Below, in pieces: positions 37,501 to 52,500 of a stretch of 64,000 bases of DNA. The notes below the pieces were generated by a model. It was not told the origin of the DNA. It saw only the letters and a list, made by a program, of their open reading frames with translations, and searched no databases. Every line of letters starts with the position of its first letter. Position 1 is the first letter of the stretch. The position numbers were made by a program, and so were the translations under genes. This stretch comes from Phoronis australis (Eukaryota > Animalia > Phoronida), in the NCBI GenBank assembly GCA_002633005.1, contig NMRA01000120.1, positions 858,353 through 922,352 of the forward strand, given 5' to 3'.

Positions 37501-40500
37501 CTGCCTGTGGAGGTAAAAATGAGGAAAAACTATTGAGTGCTACCTAAAAACGAGCAGCCGCCACAGCGACATCATGTGTTTGATTTTAACCAAAAACAAG
37601 ACGTCTCGAGCTATTGAGACACGTGTTGCGTGTAACTTTCATGTAGATGGAACAAGAAATGTAGCCTGTACTTTGTGAACAACAAAACAAACAAGCAAGG
37701 AAACAAACTCATTTCACAACAAAGTAACATACTAGGAGAAATTCCATTTCACAAGTAACAAGTGGGAGCAACTGATTTCTCACTACTTCGATAGCGATGA
37801 AATGGCTGTTTGAGTCGAAACGTACAGTTGTACAGTGTTTATAACTCACAATACACTCTTAAACGTGCTGGCCTTGAGATGTCGCCACCGTGGTCATTTT
37901 CGATAAAACATTGGAAATAGGTATCGTCGTTTCTTAGCGATTCTGTCGCAGGAGGCTCCAAACCAATGACACGAAGGGTTTGACCGTGGTTGCTTATTGC
38001 GTGCTTCCAGCGGCTGTTTTTAATTGGTTGGGAAGGCGGATCTCCCTTGAACCATGTTATTCTAGAAGATAAATGAGTGCTGAGAAGTCCTTCGTGTTTT
38101 GTAGAGTGACAACTCTTTTAAGAGTCCTTTAGGTTTTTCATCTACTCGCGTGTGGGCCGACACCGGTTTTAGTTGTATAAGTTTGATTTACCTGTTCTCT
38201 TTGTACACTAACAGATAAAACTAAGTTGAATGACATGAATTATGAGTAACCCAGTGATGATGTAATTTACAATAGAATACTTGAGAGCATTCTAATAGAT
38301 TCCAATATATTAGTAATAAATACAGAAATGTATCAGTTTGCATAGGCTTGTTGACAGACCTGTATATCGAAGACATGCTGACAGTTCTACCTGTTCCGTT
38401 AAGTAACCCTTTCCCACTTTTATGGAAGACATACTGGTAGACTTGTTCATGTGTTCGATACCATATGTACCGGTTTATGAAAGCCATACAGGCGTACCAT
38501 GCACCGGTGTGTGGAAGTCATGTGTTATTCGCCTTTGGTTGCCAAATTGAGGTCACTTGAAATGAAGACACTACTCGGATCTGCGTGGGTGCAGAAGGCA
38601 GATAGTGTACCTGGCACTTCAAGTTTCCGATGGCGAGTGTTTTGTGGTGCTTAAACATACAGTGTACTTACTTTGGTCTGGGTGATCCAGCCACCACGCA
38701 AGTGAATTCGACGTCAGTTTTTTCATTGCCTTGAGTATCCTTGGGGCCTTGAATGATTTTCGGCGGTTCTTCTACAAGGCGCAAAGAAAGTTTCATTTTC
38801 GACTGAAATTAATCGGTTTCCAAATGCGACTGGAGTGAGGAGTGTAGAATAGACCTTTTGCGAGTTTCATTTTCCTTGGCATCACATGGTACTAACCTGT
38901 TACTGCGCAGTGGGAGTTCAACTGAGGTTTACTAAACTTCATACTGCCTCCCGTGAGATTACGTGAGATATGGCCGCGTATTTTAAAGTCCTTCTTGCAA
39001 ACTGCCCATGTGGTTCCAGTATCCGAAAATACTTACTACATAAATTCTTATTTTCGACACCCTTTCTTTATATTCTTTTCGCCTTTCTTGCCAAAAGCGA
39101 TTTTTTAACAGTATTTGACCCTTCTCTCTGAGCGTATGATTACCGGTTGTCATCGGTTATTTTCGTACCCACATTTCCGGCTCATCAGTTCAGGAACTTG
39201 TCCTGAACGCCGCCATTTTTTCCTTGTAACTGAATGTGCTATGGCTTGCTCGAAAAGTCTTCATTATTTTGTTTTATTAGTAATNNNNNNNNNNNNNNNN
39301 NNNNNNNNNNNNNNNNNNNNNNNNNNNNNNNNNNNNNNNNNNNNNNNNNNNNNNNNNNNNNNNNNNNNNNNNNNNNNNNNNNNNNNNNNNNNNNNNNNNN
39401 NNNNNNNNNNNNNNNNNNNNNNNNNNNNNNNNNNNNNNNNNNNNNNNNNNNNNNNNNNNNNNNNNNNNNNNNNNNNNNNNNNNNNNNNNNNNNNNNNNNN
39501 NNNNNNNNNNNNNNNNNNNNNNNNNNNNNNNNNNNNNNNNNNNNNNNNNNNNNNNNNNNNNNNNNNNNNNNNNNNNNNNNNNNNNNNNNNNNNNNNNNNN
39601 NNNNNNNNNNNNNNNNNNNNNNNNNNNNNNNNNNNNNNNNNNNNNNNNNNNNNNNNNNNNNNNNNNNNNNNNNNNNNNNNNNNNNNNNNNNNNNNNNNNN
39701 NNNNNNNNNNNNNNNNNNNNNNNNNNNNNNNNNNNNNNNNNNNNNNNNNNNNNNNNNNNNNNNNNNNNNNNNNNNNNNNNNNNNNNNNNNNNNNNNNNNN
39801 NNNNNNNNNNNNNNNNNNNNNNNNNNNNNNNNNNNNNNNNNNNNNNNNNNNNNNNNNNNNNNNNNNNNNNNNNNNNNNNNNNNNNNNNNNNNNNNNNNNN
39901 NNNNNNNNNNNNNNNNNNNNNNNNNNNNNNNNNNNNNNNNNNNNNNNNNNNNNNNNNNNNNNNNNNNNNNNNNNNNNNNNNNNNNNNNNNNNNNNNNNNN
40001 NNNNNNNNNNNNNNNNNNNNNNNNNNNNNNNNNNNNNNNNNNNNNNNNNNNNNNNNNNNNNNNNNNNNNNNNNNNNNNNNNNNNNNNNNNNNNNNNNNNN
40101 NNNNNNNNNNNNNNNNNNNNNNNNNNNNNNNNNNNNNNNNNNNNNNNNNNNNNNNNNNNNNNNNNNNNNNGGCGTTTTCTCGGCCTGGGTTCCTGAATGA
40201 ATTGTACTTCCGGGTTCGCGGCAAGTTCAAAATGGCGGTGTTTCTTCGGGTGCGAATCGTGAGTGGCGCGTTCATTTAAACTGTTTTCGAGTACGGATCG
40301 TGTATTAGTTATGGAGTAGGTACTTCTTGGGTCCTCATAACATCTTCTAACCATGTAATAAGGGTTACCAACGCGTGAGAGAAGGACTTTATATGAAGCC
40401 AAATATGATTATCCGTAAATTTACATTATAAAGTATATGAGTTAATTTTCTTTGAACACGCATAACTAGAATATTTTGTCTGAAAAGCTTCTTACTAAGT

Positions 40501-43500
40501 AGCCAGTAAAGGTACGGTACAAGGCTTGTTATATTTAAATGAAGAATAATCTTCAATAAAAAGCAACAAAATGCGATCTGTGAACGCGAGGATCTGGCCA
40601 AAAAAAAGTTCTATTGCTCAAAATCACTCAAATGAAAAATCCGAGTGTTTCGAGAGTGTGCTCGGGACCTTGCTACCTTACCCAGCAAAGTTACGCCCAC
40701 TGAAGCGGTTCTTTTTCCGCCTCATAAGCGACGATTTATTGCCGTTACTGCTTCTCGGGTGTTTGGGGTTGACTGAACGCAGCCATGACAGTGGCGGATG
40801 TAGGATATCATGAGGGGGGCCCAAAATTTTGTCTGTAAACATTTGCTCAAAGCACGATTGTAGATGTGCATAGCACCGAAGGGGGCGGGAGGTCGTGAGG
40901 GGGGCAAACCCTCCCGCCCAGGAAACTTTTATGTTTTTTCCTCTAAAAATCAAGCATTTTCCTTGATTCCCGAAGTATTATCCAAGAAAAAAAAGGCAAC
41001 AAAAAAAAGAAAGCGTCAACAAAGGAAAAACTGCAAGTGCCACGGACTCGAACTCGCGACCTAGCGGATAGAGCGCGCGTGCTTTACCACTGCACCAACA
41101 CGATTTAACTATAGTCAATGATTGCACACTGGAGCAGACGACGGAAAAGGAATAGTAGTGCACAGCGCCACTGCCGGTCGCCTGTGATATCGCGGGAGAG
41201 CCTATACTTAGCCATAGTTCTGTTACGACTGCGCCGTGTTCCGAATTTGACACTTGAACATTAAAACTGCACACATTTAAATCTTGTTTCAGCCGTATAA
41301 TTTTAATTACCAGGGTTAATTAATTAACTCAACATTTTCCTACGCTCTTGCTGTTTTATTTTTTTGCGGCAGCCAAGGGGGGGGGCAGGCCCCCCCCCCT
41401 AAATCCGCCTATGCATGACCACGGGCCTGTATGCGGAAATGACCAGTGCCGGATTAAGGTTTTTCGGGTCCCCAATTTATATGAAGTCTAGGGCCTCTTG
41501 TACGCCAGCCCCGGTCATAAACCGTTTCTCCCCAGTCGCCATGGTTTGGTCTTTATGGAGCTAATCCCTAAGTCGGTTTATTATGTATCCTAGGCAGAGT
41601 TAGGTAGCGGTCTCGCGAATAGAAAAATCTACCCAAAACGACATGTTCTCATTTAAAATTCACTGCAATATCTCGTATTATAAGCTCGTGAAGTCTTGCT
41701 TTTCAGCGACGTCCTTGCCTCGTTAAACTCTGGGTCAGAATTTTTGGTAGGGACCTACTAATCGATTAATTGGAAGCTGTAGTTCAACTAATTGCAGCGC
41801 CCCCTATGTTACTTTTTCACTTACTCTTTTAAATACTGGATATAGGAGGCGCTAAAGCATGTTAATGCAAAGAAACATGAAATGGTGACTTCATTCACAA
41901 GTAAATGATGTTTAAGATGCCAGTGTTAAATTTTCAGAAAATTCATATATTTCAAGCTACCTCTACACCACATACAGATAAAGACGTCAGATAGAGGTTC
42001 TCAACTTTAGAGACACAAGAAACGCATTTAAACTAATTCAACTATACGTGCTAATAACCGCGCCATCTGGGGGCTGGTTCGTAATCTATATGACGTCAGC
42101 AACCAACTCACAACTTGAGAAACACGGTTAGGTAGATCAAGTAGAAAACGCATTTCAACTAATTCAAATACTCCTACTAATGGCTGCGCCACCTGCGGGC
42201 AGGTAGATAACGTACATAACGTCATCATCAGGATCACGATTTTAGAGACTCCAAACACGCATTTCGACTAATTCAACTATTCCATTAATCAATACGCCAC
42301 CTGAAGGCAGACATATAAGGCCACCTACGGGGATGACCCACTAAATAACGGGTAGATAAAATTAGGTAGATCAAGTAGAGCAGGTAGATAAAGTTCATGA
42401 CATAATCAATTGGGTCACCATTTTAGAGACTCCATCCACGCATTTCAACTAATTCAACTATTCCCACTAATCGCTGTGCCACCTACAGGAAAAGACTGAT
42501 AACAATCATGACATTAGCAAAAGGCTCACAACTTAAGAGACACAGAAGAGGCATCCCAAGTAAGTCAACTATTTCCACTAATCACTGCGCCACCTGCAGG
42601 GACAGAGAACGTACATGACATCATCAACTGGCTCACAAGTTTAGAAACTCCAAACACGCATTTCAACTAATTCAACTATTCCCACTAATCGCTACGCCAC
42701 GTGCAGGCACACCTGATATCAAACATGAAGTCAGCAACAGGCCCACAACTTGAGAGACACAGAACACACATTTCAACTAATTCAGCTATTCCCACTAATC
42801 GCTACGCCACCTACAGGCAGATTGAAAAAGTACATGACGCCAGCAAAAGGCTCACCAGGCTAACAAAGTGAGAGACAGAACAAGCATTTCAACTTATTCA
42901 ACTATTCCCACTAATCGCTGCGCCACCTGCAGGGATAGTCTGATAACAAACATTATGTCAGCTACAGGCTCACAGCTTGAGAAACGCAGGACCCACATTT
43001 CAACTAATTCAACTATTCCCACTAATCGCTATGCCACCTGCAGGCAGACAGATAAAGCACATGGCGCTGACAAAAGGCTCACCAGACACAGAACACGCAT
43101 TTCAACTAATTCAACTATTCCCACTAATCGTTGCGGCACCTACAGGAACAGACTGATAACAATCATGACATCAGCAAAAGGCTCTCAACTTGACAGACAC
43201 AGAACATGCATTTCAACTAATTCAACTATTCCCACTAATTGTTGCGCCACCTGCAGGCAAGTCAGTGACTCGGGTCTTTCTGTCTCACATTGTCAGTGAT
43301 ACTTTAGACGGCGCTACAATTGGTTGAATTAGTTGAATTAGTTGAATAGCTCAGTGCTGAATAGGTTGAGCTGACTTGGGATTAGTTGGGTTCAACTAAT
43401 TCACCGATTCCTACTAATCAGTGCGTCACCTGTGGACAGGGGGCTAACTTACATGATGTCATCCACGAGCTCAATGTTAGAGACACCAATCACGCATTTC

Positions 43501-46500
43501 AACTCATTCAACTATTCCCACTAATCGCTGCGCCACCTGCAGGGGCAGTTTGATAACAAACATGATGTCAGCAATAGGCTTGCATCAGTGGTGATGACAG
43601 GATAAGTTGAGATAAGTTGGGATTAGTTGGGTACAACTAAACATTCTGACATGTATGGAGTAAACTCTACCCAACTTACATTCACTATTTTCTTGTGTAA
43701 TCAAAAGTCACTTGCCCAGTTTCTTCACCGTTCACTTGGCAAGTGACTTAAGAGTTAAGTTAGAAATTCCACTTTACTTCCACAGAATCGTTTCTGGAAA
43801 ATAATTTCATTTCACCTCAGATTACAAGGTTTTTTAAATATACCCATAACTGCCTGTTGCCCATATAAATTTCATAACTGATTTCTAAATTGCGGTGTGC
43901 TAACAATCAGATGACAGGGTCGTAGGAAGCGGGGGCGCGGGGGGCACGGGTCCCCCAAAAATTTTTCAGGTGTCAGGGTTAAACCGTGGCAACCGACATA
44001 GGGGTGGTGCCGGGGACACTCGAGAAAAGAAAGACTACTAAATAAGGATAGGAGAGAAAATTCAAGAGAACATTTAACAACTCTGCATCAGTGCATGGTT
44101 TACCTTATGAGGACTCTGGCCAGGACATTGTCGTTAGGGTCTCCGCTTTTGCAGCACAGATCGTCTAAACGCACTTGAAAACGTGCACGAAATCAATAAT
44201 ACAAATATTTCGAAAAATCGAGAAAATTCGTAAAGCAAAGTTTTTGCGCAGCGTACAAATTTACTGGATATTTAGATTCAATAAGTCAATTTTGCGAATG
44301 CAAAACTGTATTTTTCCAGATGCCCCTCTCTGGCAAGGGATTACGGAGACAACTTTCGCTTTATTTTTTTTGAAACTGTATATTACCAGGGGCAAATTTG
44401 GGATTTTGAGTTGGGGGGCAAGGCAGAGTATTAGCCAGGATTCTGACCGTCAGACATTCGCACCCCTGAACTGCCAAATGTAATCTAGGATAATTTTAGG
44501 GGGGCATTCCCCCTTGGCCCCCTCTAAATCCGCCACTGATTACTTGACAAAAATTGATGACCTGACAGATAACATCAATTGCTGTGCATTTCCTGATATT
44601 TGAAAAGATAGATATTTTCATATTTAGGGACCCCGCTCGTGAAGGAGGCCATTGATGACATTCAAGTGGCCACTCTTTTTGTGTTTTTGTTGACAAATTC
44701 TTAAGGGGCCTGTTTTTTGTGAAATTGTGTTGAAGGAGGTCACTCCCTGCATCGTTTTGGGACCACACGAGGGTGGAATGCACTGTCACTCTTTTTTCCG
44801 AGCTTAATGATGTTTAGCCTTTCACTTAAAGGTGTCCCATTTCAGACGGTATCCTCTCTCGGTGGAGCAGTTCGGGGGAAATGTCCATTTGTCCCTCTAT
44901 ACCTGTAAATCCGACACTGCCAAGTGTTCGCGATGGAAGTTGAGATTCCAAATTCATCAAAAAAAAACACAAAACATTCTTGCACAGCACAGCCAATTGA
45001 CCCAAACAACCAAAAATGTGAAAAAATACAGTAGGATTGCGGCCATCGAAAGGGTGGAATTTTGAAGAACGTGAAGACCACTATTTATATTTGGGAATTA
45101 CACAAAAGGACTATTTCCGATGGTTAGTTATAAAATAATGTTACTGTTTCCCGTAGTTACTATGAGTTGTTTGTAAGGAATCCCCACATGTGCAAAAATG
45201 CTGTCTAGGCTACTATTTGTGATGACCGCGTGCATGTGGAAAGGGGTACTCATTAAAAGAACTCTCGCTATAATAAACAAAGATTTCAGCGTTTTTTTGT
45301 CAGTGGAGTTCAAGTTTACCTAGTGAACCCTTATAGGTACCTCTGAAATGAGTAAAAATACACCTTACTATGAATGCCCCATCTGCCATGTTCCCCGGGT
45401 TACCCGTCAAAAATCTGCGATCATGCATGCGGAAATTGCTTATAACATTTCGTTTTGATAAACAAATTCGTTGGTTTCAGATTTACTTGTTTATGTAGCT
45501 ACGAAAATCGATAAATTCATAGACTTTTTGGATTTTTTTATGTAAACAATTTATTTCTTAATACACTAAGATATACAACAATGAGGTATATGCAAATGAA
45601 ACACAGACACACACGCACACACAAACACACTCACGCACATATCTAAAAAATGCAACTTCACGGTTGATATAATCTAAATAAGTATTCAGGGTTTCGCAAA
45701 AGGCAGTGTTACGGGGTTGTATATTTCTTACTTTACAATAATTATACAAGAAACATTGAAATTGTGAATATCTAGGAATAATCTGGTCTCTAGTTCATTT
45801 ATGAATGAAATACTGACAAATAGTTAATATAGTATTAAGTCTTTTAAATGACATCCAAAGTATGCTGTCAAAATAACATTTTTCTCTAGCATTAAATCGT
45901 GTTGCGCAGTTACATAAATTGAAAGTTTCTGAATTTCACACCACTAAGTTTTCACAGAACCAAGTTCCACAAACATATGGTTCAAAGTTTCCACAGTTCC
46001 AAAACAGTTTCATAGATTCATAGATGATTTTTGACAATTAGAAGCTAATCTTGTAAGAACTGATGATGTTTCAGTGAATTTAATTGCAAGCCTGAATTTG
46101 GAAAAGTCTATAATCCGATCCCCAAATAGTAAAGTACACTTATACACGATTTTTGCATATCTAAAATAACTCTCAAAGACATTGATGAAATTCGGACTCA
46201 CATACCGTAGATAGAAAAAACGTTTTAAGAATCCTCAAGTCAATAAAATCAAACTCATTGCTTGGAAAGGTTGTCTTTGCACTTCTTTAGTGTTTCTAGT
46301 TTCCAGTAGTATCGAACAATGAATTTTTGTTCTTCAAAACTGATTTGATTGCTTGTCCTGATTCGCGTGCACGTCATGACTGAAGTACCCACGTTAAAAA
46401 TAAGACGTAACCATGCAGTAGGTCCGCGCAGAATCTCAATGATCCGCGGGAACTGAATTTGAACTCCATCCAGGCGTTCAGGAAGTGCGTACATTTTGGG

Positions 46501-49500
46501 GACGCACTATCCTTTTCCCCAGCCACCAGAAACTGGACTACCGGTCGTGTGCAGACGGCCGGTACGAGCTGCCTGTCTCAAGTGAATCACAGCTGAGCGG
46601 ACTAGCAACTAGCTTTTAGTTCATCGGGAATTTCGTATTTTCACACAGTTAGATCTCAGCTATAGCTTTTTGAGCCATCTCCTCACCACCGGTCAGAGTT
46701 ACTGGTCCTGGGCCCATTCTTACTCTCCGTGTTGGTTCACGGTTACTCAACTCTTGATGGCTTCATCCCCGGGATTGCCCCAGGGGCGGATCCAAGATTT
46801 TGAGTTGGGGAGCAGGACAGAATGTTAGCCAGGGTTTCACCCGTCAGAAATTCACAATCCCGAACTGCTAAATGGAATCTGGGAAAATTTTAGGGGGGCC
46901 ATGGCCCCTTGGCCACCCCTAAATCCGCCATTGCATTGAGCCCCCACTTAGGGCGGACGTGTGGGAGATTCGGTACAAATATGGTTGCATTGGAAGCACG
47001 GGGGCGAGGGGGTAGCAGAGGTGGTGGCCATGGGGAGGGGGGTTGTTTAGAGAAGTCGAAATGGTTTGTGCCCCCCCCCCATAATTTTTGCCTTCCCAAG
47101 GGCCTGCATGACAAAAACTTCAATTCAAAATTGCGAAGTGGGCGTGAAAAGGAATCCAGGCGTGCGTTCAGTAACGGTAGGAACTACGCTAGGACCTAGC
47201 TAAAATCTAACTAACGTCACGTGTTCTCATTTGAAATACATGGCAATATCTCACGTTATCTCGCGAAGTCTTGCTTTTTGGCGAGGTCCTAGCGTTATTG
47301 AACGGGAGGCAGAGTTTCTTTTCAGTGCCTGTATTATTGCTGTAAAAAAGAGCACAACGTTTATTCGAGAATTTGAAAATTCATAAAATCTCGAATTCAT
47401 AGTTTTGTGAATATCGGCTTCTCTCTTTTATGAAACAAGTGTCGAGGTCAGGTAAAGTCCAGTGCTAACAAGAAAAAGATGGACATTGTCACTCGTATCC
47501 GGGCGATACTTACCTAAGGCGTTTGCAACGTGGAACAATACATTTAACATCAGTAAACCATCTGCAATAAAGAAACATTCTTCAGTTAAACCAACACTGA
47601 AATACGACTCAGTAGAGATTCCGCGTTGGTCAATTGACTGTATCTTAATGTGTAATAGTTTTTGGGACAAAAGGATTTTACAATAACACCGCTTGTCACT
47701 GATCCTATAACGGAAGCACTTCTTCGGTCCCATCGAAGTTATCGCCAGATGCCACTGTTATCGGTAACAATTAAAGGGTAGCGTAGTCGCTTGATCGTTA
47801 TTATATTTTGCTCAAATAATCACCAATCTAATTAAACATAAGTTTCATGTCAATTAGCACATGCAAATGTTCCCAAATTGTCAAGTTTAAACAACATTTG
47901 CTTACAGCGCTACCTTGCGATTACTTCGATGGTGACGGCGTCGCCTACCGTTTACTTAGATGTCCCTTAACTACCGAAGTCGGTATATGAACGGTTTAGT
48001 TAACTTCGCCGTTTACGTCGACGCTCCTCTCCGACCGGAGTTAAGTCAGTATGAAAAGGCCTTAAGATTAAAGAAATCTCATTTTGACATGTTAAAATAC
48101 TCCAGTTTGGGACAGTCTCATAAATTTGGGACACGAATCTAATGAAATTGAATTTTCTTGATTCTGACATGGGAGAGTTTAGTGTAGTTATCTTTCTGAC
48201 GTTCTGGTCACTTTCTGCAGTGGTAAAACAGGGCACGGGTTGGGGACAACTTCCAATGGCTCCTTGTTTGTAGCAAGAAAGTCCCTATTGGGGAGACCTG
48301 GCACGAAATGAAATTGCATTTTCCTGGTTATGAATGTTGGAAAACCAGTGATTTTTAAAATTCATATGTTTGGCTGATTTTTGGTGCATAAAATAGAATT
48401 AGCTGGGACGTTGCCAAGGGGTATACAATGGGTCCCCCCTGGGGATACATGTTCTTGAATGTTTTTTAAACGGGCAATGGCGCCCGAAGATTATTATACC
48501 TAAATGTTTAGAGCGTGTGACGTCATCGTGAAACTGGATATCGCTCACTATTTTTTAAGTGAAATTGTTGGCGATAAATGTGGATTTCCAGCGTGGATTC
48601 GAACCAGGAACATTCGCAGCTGCAGTCAAACACTCTGCTGTCAGAGCTAAATTATAGGCACAGTATTTTAAGAATATTTTTATCCGCTAAAGTGACCGGC
48701 CTTTTTTCAGCTAGTGTCTGACAGACAAAAACAATTTGTAATGAAATCACAAAACACAACAGAGTCTATTGCTTTATTACGGTGGCCCGAAAGTATCATC
48801 GCTATTTTAGTTTATTAATTTTTTTATTTTTCCTTTTCCACCTAGGTTGAAATAGTTTCCACCCAGGTGAAAATAGTTTCCAACCAGGTGAAAATAGTTT
48901 CCACCTAGGTTGAATTATTTCCACCTAGGTGGAAAATGAAAAATGAAAAAATATTTAAACAAAAGTAGCGATGATACTTTCGGGCCACCGTACTTTATAG
49001 CTCTGCTCAAAGCTAATAAGTTCAAAATGTCTATCCCTTCCAACAATATTCCCAACTGATATTGTCCGTTTAACACCATAGTAACTAAAACTGAACGCAA
49101 AATCAACATTTTTCAAATTGTATAGTCTTTTATTGAAAATAAAATATATTTTATTGATTATGCAGTGTCGTAAAACAACGACTGTTTTGCGGCTTTTTGA
49201 TAAACTCTATCGAACCCACACAAGTTTGGAATGAATGAATGAATAGAATGAAGAGAATGAAAGTCTGCGTAAATCGAAATACGGCATACCAACAACTTTT
49301 TGGTCTTTTCCGTAGGGATGGGGCAGATCCCAAAAATCCACTACGTTTAATTATAGTAGCCAACTCAAATTTTAATTTTTAGCTGCCTCATAATTATAGC
49401 CTCTGTTGTGTATTTGTTCATCATTCTATAGCCCAACAACAAGTTGGGAAGTATACCCATGTAGCCAATATCTTACACGACTGATTAACCCCTTTCTGGC

Positions 49501-52500
49501 ATTGATGGTTGGAGGGCCAGCTCTCTTTTGTTCGATAATTGATCTAATCTTTAATAAAATCGTATCTACCCTGACTGAGTTGTGCTGTTAAAAATAAAAG
49601 TTAAGTTATAACATATTTGAACATAAACCAATAGCGTTTCTTAAATCTTCGTCAAATGGTAATCATGTTTAGTTTTTGAATCACCAAAATCGCCCAACTG
49701 CAACGACAATCTATTCTTTCAGAATACACCAATTCACTCTGAGTTTAACTGTGTTCACACGTGGTTTGCAATAAGCCTGGTAGATAATTGGCCTGCTTGT
49801 TGTCATAACAGACAAAAGAGTGTGCTTGGTAGTTAACAAGAAGCTAGATGTTATCACACGCTCAGAATCCCCTACGTCTGGTGAAGTCACTGAACGGGAA
49901 AACGCTGTCATGTTCCCTGGCGAAGTTGTCATCATCACTTTAAATCTAAGAAATTACCTGTTTCTCTGAAAATCGTAACATTACCACACTTTTACACGTA
50001 GTCTAAACCCAAACTTGCGCCAAGTCGTACGTTTTGGGAAAGGGGTCTCAATTCTGTGACGGTAAGTGCTCTAAATTGAAAATTATTTTTTGGAAGAAGG
50101 CGATTTTAACCTTTGACCTAAAAGTTGCTCTGCGAACGAGAATATACCCACGTTGATCCACATTCCAAAGAACTCCCGTGTTAACATCCATGCGAGTATT
50201 CTAATAAATCACGCCATGATCTCCTTCATTTGATGTTTTTCGGTTTTAGACCGCGTGCTGCACGGTATTGTCTTTAAAATTATTTTTTTGTGCTTTTGAA
50301 TGTCAGTATTCGTAAGGCCCGTTCATGCGAATCTTTTTGGCGCATTTTTTCGGAGCACTTTTTCTATTTTTCGGCAAATTGTTTGCGTACATGCGTAAAA
50401 ATACACAAAAGGAGTTCCATACACCGGTCTATAAAAAGCAACATAAAACACGATGAGAAACTACTATTTTGAAAAACGCAACAGAAAGAATCATGAAAGT
50501 TATGTAAAACGAAAAGAAATAATGAAGAAAACAAACAGCAACAACGTAAAAATGAAACAACTCATGGTGAATTTCAGTTGTGTTTTGACAAGGTGTTCCA
50601 TTGAAATTGAAACCCCGGTGCAAAGCAGACATCCCGTAATCGAAAATAGACTCCCGCATCTTCAAAACAGCTAACCAGCCCGAAAACACGAACCCCGCCC
50701 GACCTTTAAAACAGGAACCCCGCGGATCGGACAGGACACCTGATGACCGAAACACCACATTCTATCAAACATTGTTTATCTCAAGAAAGATAGAGTGTGA
50801 ATGCTGTGAGTTCAGAAATTCCAAATCCAAATTACGTTTTAATGTTCGATGAGGAGTTGAAGTATTCTTTTTTGAAGGCAAGAACGGTGACATAGGTAAC
50901 GGTACAGGCCTTTTGATTGAATAATTGTCGCGGTCCATTTCAAAATCCGGAAATTGATTGTGCCGGAATAATACACTTTCGACAAGTAAATCGACGAACC
51001 CAATGCGGCCTGTTGTAAAGATATTTCAAGGAATTAATCTACAGTGACACTCGAAAGTCGAAATGGTATTCTTGACTTCCATTTTTGAAAATGTTTTTGG
51101 AGAAACTATTGAATAATCTGAAATTAACTAAATATTCACCGTGATAACAATGTATTGAGAGTACGGATTATGGTGAAATTCACCCACAGACAAGTTGCAC
51201 GAGTTTTACCGATAAAAATCAAATAACAAAGTCAGTATATTATGTTGCGAGTTACCATTGACAATTTTTAACAAACAAATGCAAAATAAACAACTGGATA
51301 GGACATGAAGATGCTGTAACTCAAAGTCTGAGGCTACTAACAACGGTCTCAGAAAATTTGAAAAATTGTACGGGCTTCCTGTCCGATCCCCAGGTCGTGA
51401 TTTGTGTTCGTGTTTGTTTTTTGGCTGATTAGTTGTTTTGATTCCGGAATTTGTTTTATACAGGGATTCCAACTTCGATGGAACGCCTTGTTAAACTTGT
51501 ACGCATGTCGTAGATACAATTTCGAATTTGAGCAAGCAATCCCTATGTCAAAGTCAAGAAATTTGAGGTTACTAAAGTAAGCATTCCATTTATGAGTAAT
51601 TTGCTTCTTCTGATAGCTCATTTTATAACAAAGTTTCGGTATAATTACTTCAGGAGGCGAAAAATCCGGATGTGTACGAAGGTCGACTGCCTCTTCTGAT
51701 AGCTCATTTTATAACAAAGTTTCGGTATAATTACTTCAGGAGGCGAAAAATCCGGATGTGTACGAAGGTCGACTGCCATGAACGTTAACCTGTGCCGGGT
51801 TGCATGGAACAGTGCCAAATAGGGTCTCAACTAAGTTCCCTAAATCTTTTGCCTATTTGTGTATTTGTTCACTAACAGATGTAATCCTTTTCTATCATTT
51901 CCTCTTTATTATGACCTCCTCTTTGACTAGTGACATTTTTTAATAATATAACTAAAAAGTGAACACTGGATTCAATGACAATAGATAGGGACTTAGTTCT
52001 TAAGTTAGGGGCCTTGCATGAAAAGATTCCTATTTACTTTCGATAATAGTGAGAATTCAACATCGAGTTCACTCTCGATTTGTATCAAAGTCAAAAATTG
52101 ACCTAGTAATAAAACCAAAACAGCGTAAGTGGCACAATAGGTGTTTTCACAAGTCCACAAATACGGAGTATATTTAGGGTGATTTTGGTGTCTTTTGGCA
52201 GTTTTGTGTCCTCAAATCACTACTCGAAGGCGATTTGATGTGATAAAATGAAAGAAGGTGTTCAAATATTTGTTCGATGCTGATTTCGTAGAGCTCTGTG
52301 CACATTTGAGTAGAAAATTCTGAGCAAACCGATTGTCAGTGTCCAACCTTTATGTCTTACTAATAGAGAGTGACTTCAGTGGTGGTCGAGGAACAGATAA
52401 ACTCAGTGAAGTGCCTGTGAAACGGCTATAAAAACAACACGCCAAAAAAAAAAACAAAAAAACAAAGAAAATCGCCAAATAGCAAACAAGTTTTTTCCAC

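Noticed and set aside
38221-38580. GAWYACMAF motif resembling an Ig F strand
   Set aside because: In-frame TGA just upstream and no phase-compatible acceptor.
37850-38771. Assignment to LAR-type RPTP or to L1CAM itself
   Set aside because: Ig1 is a generic I-set domain; no FN3 or phosphatase exons follow and the stalk is Sushi-like, so no gene symbol is given.
39115-40402. ORFs of 320-387 aa
   Set aside because: Almost entirely Ns; no coding evidence.
41036-41103. Functional tRNA genes (also 48588-48650)
   Set aside because: A/B boxes are present but the cloverleaf stems are not convincing; treated as repeat-derived.
42013-43640. CRISPR-like array or repetitive protein (ORF 42868-43299)
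   Set aside because: Eukaryotic intron, spacers are related to each other, no cas genes; the ORF is a by-product of the repeat.
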